A DNA stretch of 64,000 bases from Laetmonice hystrix (taxonomy: Eukaryota): the NCBI GenBank assembly GCA_965235115.1, contig OZ249442.1:19716001-19780000 (forward strand), given 5' to 3'. Below, piece after piece: positions 27,751 to 42,149 of the stretch; within the stretch, counting starts at the first letter, position 1, and the number at the start of each line of letters is the position of its first letter. The position numbers and the translations under genes were made by a program. The notes below the pieces were generated by a model. That model was not told where the DNA came from, did not search any database, and was given only the letters and a program-made list of their open reading frames with translations.

Positions 27751-28599
27751 CACAATGTCGTAAACACGACGTCCGACAGGCTCGCTTCGTGTATACAATT
27801 CGCCCTAATTCTGTCTAAAACTATCCAATAAAGGCAGACGAGATGGTTGGTCTTGAATAGGCCACGTGTAATAAAGACTCCTTTATTCTGATGTTCCCAA
27901 TTTTACCTTCGTGGCGCTCGTATATTTGCCTATTTGTGTTATATATCAAATTAGGACCTGTCGTTAACAGCTTTGTGGTTCCGTTATAGGGTCGACGTGT
28001 ATTCATACCCTTTGAGTTAATCAAATCGCCGACAACAAAGGAAGCCTAACGCACCGCATGTTAAGTTTCTGTAATTGTCATTCAATTGACAAATCCCGAG
28101 CGAAAATGGCGAGTTTGCCTAAGGGTTTATCACCAGATAAAATCATCTTCTATGGCGCTCATTTTCCTTCTAACTGATTAAGCGCACACAAGAGCGCAGC
28201 GCGGGCAATCGACACCAAATATTACGGCGATATTGTGTGCGCTGCGCTCAATGTCAATTCCAGCCCGATTATGCGGACGGGCCCGCGCTCTGTCGCATTG
28301 AATTTGGTCATCATTATTTAATAAACAGCTAATCAAAGAAAAATGAAGCGACGATCATGTTTGGCGGCGCGTCGCGGCTAAACTCTCATGTTGCCACACT
28401 AATCGACAAGGGGAAATGGACGCTCGTTCATTTCATAAGCTGCAGGCAGGGCAGTCAGTCCTCGTTGGTTGGACCGAGTCATTGGAGGCCGTCTGCCCGT
28501 ATTAAGTCGGACTACCGGCCGGGCCAGGCAGGCCCGGAGTCAGTGACGCTGAATCCGACCGTCGCGGTGAAATTGGTTTTACTATTCCGGGTCTGTCAT

Positions 28600-28765
28600 G
28601 GACTGCACTGTGACACCAATACCGACGGACTGCACCGTGACACCAATAACAACGGACTGCACCGTGACACCAATACCGACGGACTGCACCGTGACACCAA
28701 TATCAACGGACTGCACCGTGACGCCAATACCAACGGACTGCACCGTGACACCAATATTAACGGAT
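28600..28765. repeat. 27-bp tandem repeat GGACTGCACCGTGACACCAATACCGAC, about 6 copies
   Basis: 27-bp period. Confidence 0.95.
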
Positions 28766-28807
28766 AAAGGGGCGGAGTGGAGGTGTGTGTGTGTTGGGGT
28801 TGCAAGA

Positions 28808-28985
28808 GACTGGCTGCCGGATGGGGTAGGGTGGGGGGGGGCAGGGGACTGGCTGCCGTATGGGGTAGGGTGGGGGGGGGGGCAGGGGACTGGCTGCCGT
28901 ATGGGGTAGGGTGGGGGGGGGGGCAGGGGACTGGCTGCCGTATGGGGTAGGATGGGGTGGGGGCCAGGAGACTGGCTGCCGTATG
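28808..28985. repeat. G-rich ~40-bp repeat GGACTGGCTGCCGTATGGGGTAGGGTGGGGGGGGGCAGG, 4-5 copies
   Basis: Directly visible. Confidence 0.92.
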
Positions 28986-31900
28986 AAGTCTGTAATCGGA
29001 ATAAATCTCGCAATTATTGAGAAGGTATGACCTGTCTATAGCTCCAATAAGGTGGTCATTGCCCAAATGTATAGCCGTCTATAGACCAGTCATGTTTGTG
29101 TGAAGTCGTACACGGAACCCAGGCATATTATATTATGTACGCCATTATGTACAGCATGGACAGCAAATGATTCTTGATTTACTAACACATACTGGCTTTG
29201 TACTTAGGGTGCCCGATCCTACATAGGCTTGTGTATGTTGGGAGGCCCCACCATGCATCAGGAGCCACTGGTTGAGGTGGACTACATTCCCTAATGCTTG
29301 ATTGCGCAAGTTTGTGCACCAAACACATCCACATAATAGGCCTAATCATTTTGCATTTATCGATTCCATACCCAAAAAGTACAAAGATGCAAAAAAACAG
29401 AAATATACTGAAGCCTATATTGGTATAGGAACACATAGGATTAATAAAGTCATCATAATGGACATGTATACATTGCGTGATCATGCACGCAATGCTTTCA
29501 CATAAACACACATATTATATAAAGCGGTCTAACATGATACTCTGCAATGTATCGGTTTTATAATGTGATTGAATTATACACTGATAGACCGGGTTTTCGA
29601 ATGAATAACCAGTTTCTACTCAATATAGCAGGTTTCACCACCATAAAATGGAAAGACCATATCGTTTATAACCGGGCAGGCAGTGCTGATGAAATCGCCA
29701 GTTATCACCACATAAAATTGCAGTCTTTGAGGCGGCTGGATTGTGCGCACCCCTCCATCGCCGCCCATTTGGGCGGATTTCGCACGCCACATTGCAGCTC
29801 AGGCCCGCTTTTCTCCAAGATTCCAGAAGTAGAAAATTCCATGTCAATTTCGCTGCATGGCTTGTAGATTTCACTGACGGCGCCGGTGCAGATTGGCACT
29901 TGATTGACAGGGGCGGGGAACGCGTGTCGAACGCAGAAAAGAACCACTGAATGCAACTCTCTCGCAACCAAATCGTTTGCTTTACTAATGATATTTTCCA
30001 TGGGCAATCGCTGTTGTCAGAGAGAAATTTTACCAAGCCCTTATTCGATTGCTGGCAACTCAGTCAATGGTAAATTTAATTCGAACCGACCGATTTCCTC
30101 GAGCTTGACGGATTCGACTTTCGTTTGATGTTGGTTTTTTCGCGCGCTAAATATGGTTGGCTGCTGTCGGCCGCTGCGAGAGGCAATCAATAGTATTCAT
30201 GGGAACTGGCCATGAAATTAATCCGAAATATCTCCATGCAACGGGGGCAATTATATGTTAAATGTGACAGCGGTGGGCGAGTGGTGATCTTAATCAAGTC
30301 GGACGTGTTGTTTGGGCAGAACGCGTGTCGAGGTGGGCGGCCATTGGCTGCAGTGTACGGTCAACTGTCGGCTGCATGCGTTGTGTCGTCTGCTCCCTCC
30401 AATTGTGACGTCCTACTCCGAGCAGAGAGGCCGCGGCTCGGGAATTGCCATTCATTCCCCCACTGCCCTTTTCCTCCGGTGCCCATTTCCCCCGGTGACC
30501 ATTTCCCTTGCTGCCCATTCCAACCAGGTCACTCCCAGCCAGAACGACACCGATTTGTGGCCGTTTGCCCTCCGAGTCCGGATTGTGCCTACCCGGCCTC
30601 CGTAGATTAGTGGTCGGTTGCCGCCGGTGCTAACTGCTCCAAATTACTGTGATTATCGACATGGCCTTAAAACGCCTCCATCTCAGCCCCGTAATTAAAA
30701 ACGAGAAAAAACTCGCCGGGGGCCCAAACTTATCTCCATTTGACAAAAGCAGTGGCGAGGGTTTTTTTCTCTGTCACCGTTTACCCTTGGTAAAGATGCC
30801 CGGTGACCAGGCAAGGGGCAGGGAGATGGGGGCTCGGGCCCCTGTGGCTATCAGATAGCTCACCCCCGGCCCCAGGCCCGGCCACATCATACCCCTGGCA
30901 GCGTCTACCCCAAACAACCACCATGTCACCTTTCACCTCGCCAGGAAATCGGCCGCGAAATGCCTAGAAATGACCGTCGTCTCCAAGGAATGCGTCGTCG
31001 AGGGGTGGCTGCGGTGAAGGGTGAACTCACAACCCCTCCACCCTATACGCCTCCACCCTCACCCCCACATCCCGACTCCATGCACCGTGTCTCTACTGCC
31101 AACTGTCCGACAGCATACAACAGTGCTGAGAGAGAAACAGTATGGCCGACGAATTTACCAGGCCGTAGCGATGGCAGAGGGTATAATTAAACAGCATTGA
31201 GATAAGAGAAATGGACATGTCAGTCACTAAGGGCGGGTGGCCGGACGTTCGCTCTGGTAGTCAGACATGCTCAATGATGGATTAAAAACGAAATCGGCCA
31301 AGATGTAAGGAGGAATTAAAAACACGCTGAACTAGACAAATGGTGTCACCGCTAGTAGCGGTAGTCGGGGAGACCGTGAATGGAGGGATCTAATCTCTGG
31401 CATCAACTCATCGCCGGCCCTACAAGCAAGCTCTCTGGTGCGTGCCACCGATTTGCATAATTATATAGGTCACCCACCATTTTCTACAATGGAAATTCCA
31501 ATTTGGGATTATAATTGTCTTATTATGGGTATCGGTGGGTGTACAGCTATACTTGGCATTCATTCATTCGGTAATTAAAAGCTGGCTTTTCCGTTTTAGC
31601 GGGGAAATTGAAAACAGCTTCCTTATAGGTATAGGATACCACTCTGTCGTTCCAGAAATTTTTGTTACTGTAATTCAATATAAAAAATTTAAAATATAAA
31701 CGAGAAAACAAAAGTCGATGTTTATTTTTGTATGAACATACATTGTATATTATATTCTGTTTTAGTGGAGGAATTCCAACGGGGTATTATTTTGATTGTC
31801 TCCTCTGGGACTGAGAATTGGTCAACATTCTGCGGTTGATTGATTTATTTCAAATTCTGCATTCACAACATTGACTTGGCCGGCACCCAAACCGCATGCA

Positions 31901-33733
31901 TGTGTGCGCTGCATGTATAGGCGACATGCGTTCTCCTTTAGAACCGTCGGATGGACAGAGGGAGGCTGACCGGCGGGCCGGTCTGTGGGCCGCCCGGCGG
32001 GCCGGTCTGTGGGCCGCCCGGTCAGACAGTCTAGGGGCCCCGGGGCGGCCGTCTACTCCCCGTCCACCGTTTGGCTGGAGGCGGGCAGGTCAAGTCCACC
32101 GACACAAAGGGCGCCAGGGAAATGGACATGTACAGACTGAGGGTGAAATGGACGAGTGTGGGGACCTGTGCGGGCGTGCCGGGTGGACATTGGCCGGGCC
32201 GGCGGTCGGTCCCCCCGCCCGACCCCTGCCCGGCCCCCACCCGGTCCCCGCCTGAGGCCGCGGTCGGTCGGCAGGTATTCGCTATACGGACCGATTGATC
32301 CGGCGACCGACCGGCGCTCCGCCCCCGGGGCCCCTACAAAGCGGAGATCCCCTAAGACCCGGTCCACCGAGCGTGTACAGCCTCCCGCGGTCTGATCCCT
32401 GATGTTTCTTCCAGAGATCAAAGTCCAGCGACAGATTCTTTGATGTTTGACGTCGATTGGCCCTCTTGCAGTGGAGACGCTCGCCCTACACCGCTCGTAC
32501 TCTGGCCAGATTTCACCGGCGCTGGCAGCGAGCGGCCTGGTCTGGAATAAAGACAGCAATCGGGGGGAAAAAGGATCGAGAAGGAACTTGTCCTGGCAGA
32601 AAGTCGTCCTGTCATCAGGGATTACATCGGTGATGACTTCTGACAGGTTTTCATTTACATGAGGAGAGAAATTAAATTCGGCGCGGCTGTTGGAGGCGGG
32701 GCAAACCAGGCGTTCAAGTGGCTGCCGCGCGACTGTGGGCTCGAGTAGTGTTGGCGGGCGGTGGGACGGGGGGGGGGGGGGGACTTCTCTCTCTCTCTAT
32801 GATCCCCCATTGTGTCTGTCAACTGAGGATCGGCCGGATCCGTCAACCCTGAGCGGGGCTCGCCACGCCGGATTTAGGCTCTCATCTCACCCGGCCCCAG
32901 TACCTCCAGGGAATTAGGCTTTATTGGCGGGTGAAGTTGATCCCGCAAGATTTGCATACAATACGTCCAGATTCCTATTTCAATAATTGGGCATTATGGC
33001 AGATTATGTCTAATAGCCCGGCCCGATGTGTTTTTCTCAGGGGCTGCCACCGACTCACAAAGCGCCATCGATTTTGTGTTGGGTTTTGGCGGGAAGCGTC
33101 GAAGCAGACGACATTGCTAGGGCCGCGAGTGGTTCGGTGCGATAATTCTCTGACACAAAACATGGACGTCATTTTGTTTACAGCAGGGCGCGTTTCAGCT
33201 GGCGGAATCAGAGACGTCAGCTTGCTCCTATAGCGTTCGACAGACGCTAAGCCACGTGGCCTCTCATTGACAGAGACGCTGGTCCGAAACATGCCATCAC
33301 ATCAGGCACCATAATATACTGACCCAATCCAATACAGCCATATTTCTATACGTTTTCTCCAACTGTTTGTATATACAAATTCGTTGTATAACCTCTAAAG
33401 TATTTCGCCCTTCATAACAGAATATTTGCTATTTGGTCCTATATTTCAGCTTGTGAAGGGTCTGTAAATTGATGTGATCTGTCATATAGCATGTGGAATG
33501 TATTGATTAGATGTTTTCATCCTATCCTGTCCTGTCAAATGTAATGTGATTGAGATAGGTGTGATCTGGCATTGATGTGATCTGTTTGCATTCCACCCTG
33601 ATACCTTACGTGGGATTCCTAAGGTATTGATGTGATTTTATAACCCCCGTTCTGCATGAAATCCCCTTCCCCTCTAGGTCATGCATTCCTTACGTCCACC
33701 TCCCCCATGACCTCTACAGAAAGATTATTGACG

Positions 33734-34420
33734 CTCTCGTATTATTCCTAGAAGTTATGCCATTGTCAGTAATGGTGCTCTCGTATTATTCCTAGAAGTT
33801 ATGCCATTGTCAGTAATGAAGCTCTCGTATTATTCCTAGAAGTTATGCCATTGTCAGTAATGAAGTTCTCGTATTATTCCTAGAAGTTATGCCATTGTCA
33901 GTAATGAAGCTCTCGTATTATTCCTAGAAGTTATGCCATTGTCAGTAATGGTGCTCTCGTATTATTCCTAGAAGTTATGCCATTGTCAGTTATGAAGCTC
34001 TCGTATTATTCCTAGAAGTTATGCCATTGTCAGTAATGGTGCTCTCGTATTATTCCTAGAAGTTATGCCATTGTCAGTAATGAAGCTCTCGTATTATTCC
34101 TAGAAGTTATGCCATTGTCAGTAATGAAGCTCTCGTATTATTCCTAGAAGTTATGCCATTGTCAGTAATGAAGCTCTCGTATTATTCCTAGAAGTTATGC
34201 CATTGTCAGTAATGAAGCTCTCGTATTATTCCTAGAAGTTATGCCATTGTCAGTAATGAAGCTCTCGTATTATTCCTAGAAGTTATGCCATTGTCAGTAA
34301 TGGTGCTCTCGTATTATTCCTAGAAGTTATGCCATTGTCAGTAATGAAGCTCTCGTATTATTCCTAGAAGTTATGCCATTGTCAGTAATGAAGATCTCGT
34401 ATTATTCTGAGAAGTTATGT
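33734..34420. repeat. 44-bp minisatellite CTCTCGTATTATTCCTAGAAGTTATGCCATTGTCAGTAATGAAG, about 16 copies
   Basis: Highly homogeneous 44-bp period with GAAG/GGTG variants. Confidence 0.98.
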
Positions 34421-35247
34421 CATTGACAGGAATGACAAGGTGTGCCCCAAGGGTCACCACGGTCGTTCTGTTCGGTTCTGTCACGGTTCTCAGAGTGCAC
34501 AAGTCTTAGAGACAGGGACTGGCAGATCTGTTTGGGGCTACTGTCGAGCAAAATAGAGAGGGGAATGAGCGAACGAGGGGAACTTATTTATTAGGGTAAA
34601 AAGAAAGAAAGCATAATGCTTAAAAGTCCTGTATTAAAAACACATAAATATTAACAATGTCAATCTTTGTGAAGGTTATAGTCACCACAACCTATGTGAC
34701 CACTCTCACACGCGGAGTGGGGTGGTGTAATGCCATGATCCGGACATCAACCCTTCAGTGTTTGAGATTACGTCACCAATCTGTGCTGAGTGAGGTTAGA
34801 CTGATGGCAACTAGCCCTGGTGGCAACTAGTCATGGTGAGATGTTTATCACTTGTCAATACGGGTGCACATTGTCTTCCATACTTGTTAGGACGACGGCG
34901 TATTCAGACATTCAAATGACTTGAAGATGATAATTATTGCTTTATGACAGTGGTAGGAATATAATATTATTAAGTGATAATGATAGGGGTCTGCCCTATT
35001 GGAAAGTTTTTCCTCTTCTTAGAGGCAGGCCTGAAGGATTAACATAGCAAAGATTACGACATAGCCAAACATATACACGGAGTTTGAAACATCTCGGCAA
35101 AACAGCCTGGGAAAATTCTGACTGTCACGGAACGCAGGTGTCATCAATCACCGTCATGGTGACGTTACTGTCACGGCTGTCACTAAGGGCGTTTGTCACG
35201 TGACATCTGACGGAACGCTACATTCCTCTAACTCCCGACCACGGAGG

Positions 35248-36540
35248 TCTCTGACTGTGGTCTGAGGTATGATTTGATCCAGGTCTGTCTCTGACTGTGG
35301 TCTGTGTGGTATGATTTGATCCCGGTCTGTCTCTGACTGTGGTCTGTGTGGTATGATTGGATCCCGGTCTGTCTCTGACTGTGGTCTGTGTGGTATGATT
35401 GGATCCCGGTCTGTCTCTGACTGTGGTCTGTGTGGTATGATTGGATCCCGGTCTGTCTCTGACTGTGGTCTGAGGTATGATTTGATCCAGGTCTGTCTCT
35501 GACTGTGGTCTGTGTGGTATGATTTGATCCCGGTCTGTCTCTGACTGTGGTCTGAGGTATGATTTGACCCCAGTCTGTCTCTGACTGTGGTCTGTGTGTA
35601 TAATTTGATCCCGGTCTGTCTCTTACTGTGGTCTGTGTGGTATGATTTGATCCCAGTCTCTCTCTGGCTCTGGTCTGTGTGGTATGATTTGATTCCAGTC
35701 TGTCTCTGGCTCTGGTCTGTGTGGTATGATTTGATCCCAGTCTGTCTCTGGCTCTGGTCTGAAGTGTGACTTGATCCTGCAGGTCTGTCTCTGACTGTGG
35801 TCTGTGTGGTATGATTTGATCCCGGTCTGTCTCTGACTGTGGTCTGTGTGGTATGATTTGATCCCGGTCTGTCTCTGACTGTGGTCTGAGGTGGTATGAT
35901 TTGATCCTCGTCTGTCTCTGACTGTGGTCTGTCTGGTATGATTTGATCCCAGTCTGTCTCTGACTGTGGTCTGTGTGGTATGATTTGATCACGGTCTGTC
36001 TCTGACTGTGGTCTGTGGTCTGTGGTCTGTGTGGTATGATTTGATCCCGGTCTGTCTCTGACTGTGGTCTGTGTGGTATGATTTGATCCCGGTCTGTCTC
36101 TGACTGTGGTCTGAGGTGGTATGATTTGATCCTCGTCTGTCTCTGACTGTGGTCTGTCTGGTATGATTTGATCCCGGTCTGTCACTGACTGTGGTCTGTG
36201 TGGTATGATTTGATCACGGTCTGTCTCTGACTGTGGTCTGAGGTATGACTTGATCCCGGTCTGTCTCTGACTGTGGTCTGTGGCCTGAGGGGTGATTTGA
36301 TCTCAGTCTGTCTCTGACTGTGGCATGTGGTATGATTTGATCCCGGTCTGTCTCTGACTGTGGTCTGAGGTGGTATGGTTTGATTCCAGCCTGTCTCTGA
36401 CTGTGGCCTGTGGTATGATTTGATTCGAGCCTGTCTCTGACTGTGGCCTGTGGTTTGTGTGGTATGATTTGACCCCGGTCTGTCTTTGACTGTGGTCCGA
36501 TGTCCGACTGTCTCTGGTATGATTTGATGCCGGTTTGTGA
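35248..36540. repeat. 40-42-bp minisatellite GGTATGATTTGATCCCGGTCTGTCTCTGACTGTGGTCTG(TGT/A), about 30 copies
   Basis: Directly visible, with length variants. Confidence 0.97.
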
Positions 36541-39500
36541 TTTTAACCTAGGATTACCTCATCTCCATATCGTTAGGATACGATATCATGTTTGCATTGT
36601 ATGGTATACAAAATATATCTGAATTATGATGTCTGATAATACCAGTTCGTAGAGACAGGTCCACATTTTGTATGATTCACTTCATTTCGACCAGTCACCC
36701 CCTTGAGTACAACACTCAGCCTTGTACTAACGTTCCACGTATCTGTGATAGGGAGCTGTGGCTTCAACTCCCGGCCCGTCTGCTGGCGCCACCTGGTCTC
36801 CAGCGCTGAACTAATTAACAGCCCGTGACGTCCTACCGTCCTCCTTGACCTGAATGTGAGCATCTGCGTTCAAGGCAATTATTGATAGTTGACACCAGAC
36901 GGAGGTCCCCCATGTCAGGCGGCGGCCAACCACCCTCTCGCCCTGCCACCTACGTGCCTGTCTACACGGACCTGCACGTATTGCCTCCCTGGTGACAGAA
37001 GCCACGACCATGTCAGCCGAGCCGAGCGGACGACGTAAAACGCGTGTATTTCAATGTCGTGTAATGGGCACCCGAAGGCCGGCGTTTCTCGCCCGCTCGC
37101 CGGCGTCCCTGGCTTCTATCTCGGCCGCCGCCGAGCGCCTAGGTCGTAAATATAGCCGCCCGTTTGTTTAGCGTGTGGGTAAGCGCGATACTTTGTTTTA
37201 AATTCGACTCGAAATCGATCCCTCCCATCGAATACCGGGCCCTTTGGCGCGCCGTTCCTGACTACAAATTGAAAATACACAGCGCGGGGTTGACGGCGTA
37301 CGTATGGCATGGCTACAGCCGGGGGGGGGGGGGGGGGGGGGTTACGTCAGAGTTAGGGACCCCCCGCACACAGCCGGGTAGAATAGGGCCACGGTCTCCG
37401 AGATCACGACTGTCGGGCGAGCACGACAGTCTGCACAACAAGCACTTTAAAACACTCGCAAAAAATTAAAATAAAACAACGCCAGCACGGCTTGATCCAG
37501 GTCTGTGCTGGTGTCCCGCGAGGAGGCAGCCTGTATCGGATTATGGTCGCATTACAAGTTTTTTCCCCCTCGTCTCTTCCATTGCCTTTTAAAAACTCAC
37601 GGAGGCTTATGTCTAGATAAATCATCCGTTTATAATATGGCCTTTAAGTGATGTAAACATATGTTCACATGCAGTTTGACTCGGCCTGTATACAAAAATG
37701 AACAATTCTACGATAAAGGTTGTAACTTTAGACTATCACAATAAAACACATGACCCACTTCCGTCCAGATCTGCTGTCTAATATCATCAGAAACTACAAT
37801 GGATAAACTATTAGCACCAACTAAAACTGTACGTAGTTGTTTTATAGAAGCCTATACACACCGGTATCCATTCGCTTAATTTGATGCAGCACGTCATTTT
37901 TATATTGATGTATGGGATCGTTATTCCGTATTGACCTAAGCGGCCATTTTATACGTTTTTTTAACGTGATGTAGTCTTTCCTTAGATGTGCGAGTTCAAT
38001 GACAGGGAGTTCATCTATTCACACTCGACAACCGTTGAGAATTTCACGGTTTCCTTAACCCTGCTCAGAAACCACCGAGCTAATTACTGACACGACCGGA
38101 ACGCTGGTCCGGTCATGCCCGTTATTTCCTGCCCTTGCCGTTACATAAGAAGACCCCGTGGCCTTTCAAGAACCCAACCAGAGGTTGTCACCGTTAAGGC
38201 GGGTCGGAATAAAGTCACACCGTTGTAATGCCTTGAATAAATCCACTCTGCATTAATTCATATCGACCCCTTTTAGTTACCGAGAATCATAAGCAGCTCT
38301 TTCCGCGCCGTTTCATTGCAATGTCAGCGTCTTTCTCCGTAATTAAAGCGCTGTCATTGACGTGCAGCGAGGCAGTGACGCCACTACTGTCACGTGGATA
38401 ATAGCGCGCGCGAGCCGAACCAACCGACAACCGGAGACTAAACATACTCGGGCAGTGCCTGCCCTAACCACCTGTCCCAGTCCGGGCACATTCAAACAAC
38501 CTTAACCCGGAGCGACCGACCAATTGACCAGACAAATTCAATCAATAACTTAATGTGAATAGGCTTAAATAAGATTAAGTGTACTTTCCCGCCAAATTAG
38601 GGACCCGAGTGTTATTCTGTGACCCACGTGACCAAACGCGAGACGGCGTCTGCTCGCCAACTCGGGATGACTGGCGTTGTATACCGTTGACATGCGAACG
38701 TACTCAGAAATTCGCCAGGCCCGCGGTTACTTGGGGCTCGAGTCATTTTATATTATTTATCTTTGCACAGCCTGACCAATCTAGTTTCTCGTTGAAAATC
38801 AGGCAACACACCCTGCCCATCTGTCATCGGGCCAAAACATATACAAAGGGGTTTCCCATGTAACGCTAAAAATTTACTTTGCAATAACATGTACATGTAT
38901 CTAGAAATATAGGTTGCCTCCTTTCCAAATCCAAATCGCAAGGACGTCACAAAGACAATCATTTTGTGTGTGTCACCCTTAACACTAGTACAGCAATTCT
39001 ATATAACGCGAATGGCTTCTTACTTTGCTACATGTCGAAACTATGCACAAACGACAGCTTCTTTACGTGAAAAAGTTTCCGACAACAGTTCTGAATGCAA
39101 ATATATCCCAGGGTATGTACTGTATGTATAAAACACCATGTGTACATGTAGGCCTTGACCAAACTGGTGATGTATGTATAAAACACCACGTGTACATGTA
39201 GGCCTTGACCAAACGTGTGATGGGCAAGATTTGACATGGCCACCCCGCCTGAAGCCATGCATGGTCACAAAAACGGCGAGGCCATCAACATTGTCTGCTA
39301 ATCATTAAATAGATTCTCTCGACTGAAGTCGAAAGACGTCAGCCTCCGCGAGCTCTGACACGGCCGACTTCTGCGCCTTGCTGACGACGGAGGATGTTGA
39401 CGATGTGTTAAGTTTTCCAAGAACGTTTTGTTTACGTTAGTATTGACACGAATAACGAGTCGGAGCCCCGGTGGCACCTCTGGGCGACAACAGCTCCGGG

Positions 39501-39839
39501 ATGAAATGGATGAAAACTGGGGAGAAACCATAACACAGCCGTGCTTAGCGTGTCGCTCCGTCGTTACGACAATTGCTTCGATCCTTAATTGAGAAAATCC
39601 TTTTTTGAGGAGGCTTGGATTTTCGCCCTGATTTTTATCGTTTCATCAGCGATTGTAAATTGCAGATGATATCAAAACGCTTCATTATCGGCCTTCCCGT
39701 TGAGCAGGCCGCGTTATTAATTGTTATAATAATCACTTAAAAGTCCCTGATAGGTGGCGCTAATTTGACACGCAAGTGACAAATTATGTCAGCGTTCGAG
39801 AGGTTCTTAAGGCGGCGGGTGGGTGACATCTCATTGGGT

Positions 39840-40975
39840 ATGTTGTGTGTGGGTGAGACCTTGTTGTGTGTGGGTGAAGCCTTGTTGTGTGTGGGTGAGC
39901 CCTTGCTGTGTGTGGGTGAGGCCATGCTGCGTGTGGGTGAGGCCATGCTGTGTGCGGGTGAAGCCTTGTTGTGTGTGGGTGAGGCCTTGCTGTGTGTGGG
40001 TGAGGCCTTGCTGTGTGTGGGTGAGGCCTTGTTGTGTGTGGGTGAGACCTTGCTGTGTGTGGGTGAGGCCTTCTTGTGGGTGGGTAAGGGAGCCTTGCTG
40101 TGGATGAGGGGCCTTGCTGTGGGTGAGGAAGACTTGCTGTGGGTGAGGGGCCTTGCTGTGGGTGAGGAAGACTTGCTGTGGGTGAGGGGCCTTGCTGTGG
40201 GTGAGGAAGACTTGCTGTGGGTGAGGGGCCTTGCTGTGGGTGAGGGGCCTTGCTGTGTGTGGGTGAGGCCTTGTTGTGTGTGGTTCAGGCCTTGCTGTGT
40301 GTGGGTCAGGCCTTGCTGTGTGTGGGTGAGGGAGCCTTGGTGAGGGGCCTTGCTGTGGATGAGGGAGACTTGCTGTGGGTGAGGGGCCTTGCTGTGGGTG
40401 AGGGAGCCTTGGTGAGGGGCCTTGCTGTGGATGAGGGAGACTTGCTGTGGGTGAGGGGCCTTGCTGTGGGTGAGGGGCCTTGCTGTGGGTGAGGGGCCTT
40501 GCTGTGGGTGAGGGGCATTGCTGTGGGTGAGGGAGACTTGCTGTGAGTGAGGGGCGTTGCTGTGGGTGAGGGGCCTTGCTGTGGGTGAGGGGCTTTGCTG
40601 TGGGTGAGGGGCCTTGCTGTGGGTGAGGGAGCCTGGCTGTGGGTGAGGGGTCTTGCTGTGGGTGAGGGGCCCTGCTGTGGGTGAGGGGCATTGCTGTGGG
40701 TGAGGGAGACTTGCTGTGAGTGAGGGGCGTTGCTGTGGGCGAGGGGCCTTGCTGTGGGTGAGGGGCTTTGCTGTGGGTGAGGGGCCTTGCTGTGGGTGAG
40801 GGGCCTTGCTGTGGGTGACGGAGACTTGCTGTGGGTGAGGGGCCTTGCTGTGGGTGAGGGGCCTTGCTGTGGGTGAGGGGCCTAGCTGTGGGTGAGGGAG
40901 CCTTGCTGTGGGTGAGGGGCCTTACACTGGGTGAGGGGCATTGCTGTGAGTGAGGGGCCTTGCTGTGGGTGTGGT
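39840..40975. repeat. Composite G-rich minisatellite: 21-bp GCTGTGTGTGGGTGAGGCCTT grading into 19-bp GCTGTGGGTGAGGGGCCTT
   Basis: Directly visible; shared core TGTGGGTGAG. Confidence 0.97.
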
Positions 40976-42149
40976 GTAGGTAAGGGAGTTCATGGGTCCA
41001 GTTTCTTGGTGGATCTTGAGTCGAAATGAATTGTCAAACTCCACCAAACTGGTCTCCGGCTGAAGTTCAGGGCCAGGTTATATAGACCTACTCTGACCGA
41101 GCTCATACAATGTGTGTACATACATGCACATGACCAACTATAGGAGGGGGGGGGGCTGCATGAGTCCAAGAAAGGTCAATGTTGGTTGAAGGTCTTTCGC
41201 GGGTGTTTTAAACCATGTTCGGTTGATATAAATGGATAGAATCACGATTTGTCGTGAAGCCAAGACAAGCGGTAAAGCAAACAGCAGCACGGCGGGTTGA
41301 GGGGCCGGGGGGGGGATGGGGGTTGAGGGCCGGGGGGGGGGGGGGGCTGGCTGTTGTTGGTGCGATACTGTTACTGTTGTTTATCTTTCAGACCGTCGTG
41401 CAGCTTCTAACCACCAGAGCTGAAATGTACATATTTGTACATTTCACGCATTTTGGGCATTTTCCTCGCTCGAAATGGATCCCCTTTGACGAGAGTGCGA
41501 TAAGGAAATCCCCAATGAAATCAGGGTTGTCAGGAGGCCTGTGTATACGGAGTACCTCCGTGCAGTCGGTTTGGGGAAGCGCGAGTTGAAAACAATAGTG
41601 CTAATCTGTTTACCTGACATTGCGTGTCGGCATCCGCAGAATCCAATGAAATTTACACCCGCGACAATTTGGGAACTCGTGTTTAACCGGTGCTACTACT
41701 GGCATACGACCGACCTGGTGGTAGGTGGTTTGGGGGTCATTCACAAAGTCTGTGGTCTGGGGTCGCCCCGCAGAGTTCAGAAGGGTGTGTGGGGACAGCT
41801 TGTTTTTTGGGACCCCGATTTCAGAGATTGATTTTGGGGCCATCCCAGAGGTTTGCTTAGTAGCCATCCAGTGTGTGGTTTTTGGGTCATTCCTTATATG
41901 GGCACGGAGGAGACATTTCACCTTGACGGCAAAACAGTGGAACCGTATATCGGGTGGGCATAATAAATTTGGCGAAATGTGACGTTAAATATTTCCCAAC
42001 CCCTATGTCGCAAGCTTCTGAAAATTTACACGACTAAACACCTCGATGTTTTGAATTCCTTGTGTAATTTTCAAGTTCAAGTTGATACCTCAAATAGTCC
42101 TTACTATTTCACTCACGGCAGACAAAATGCGGTGATGTTTCAATCTGTG

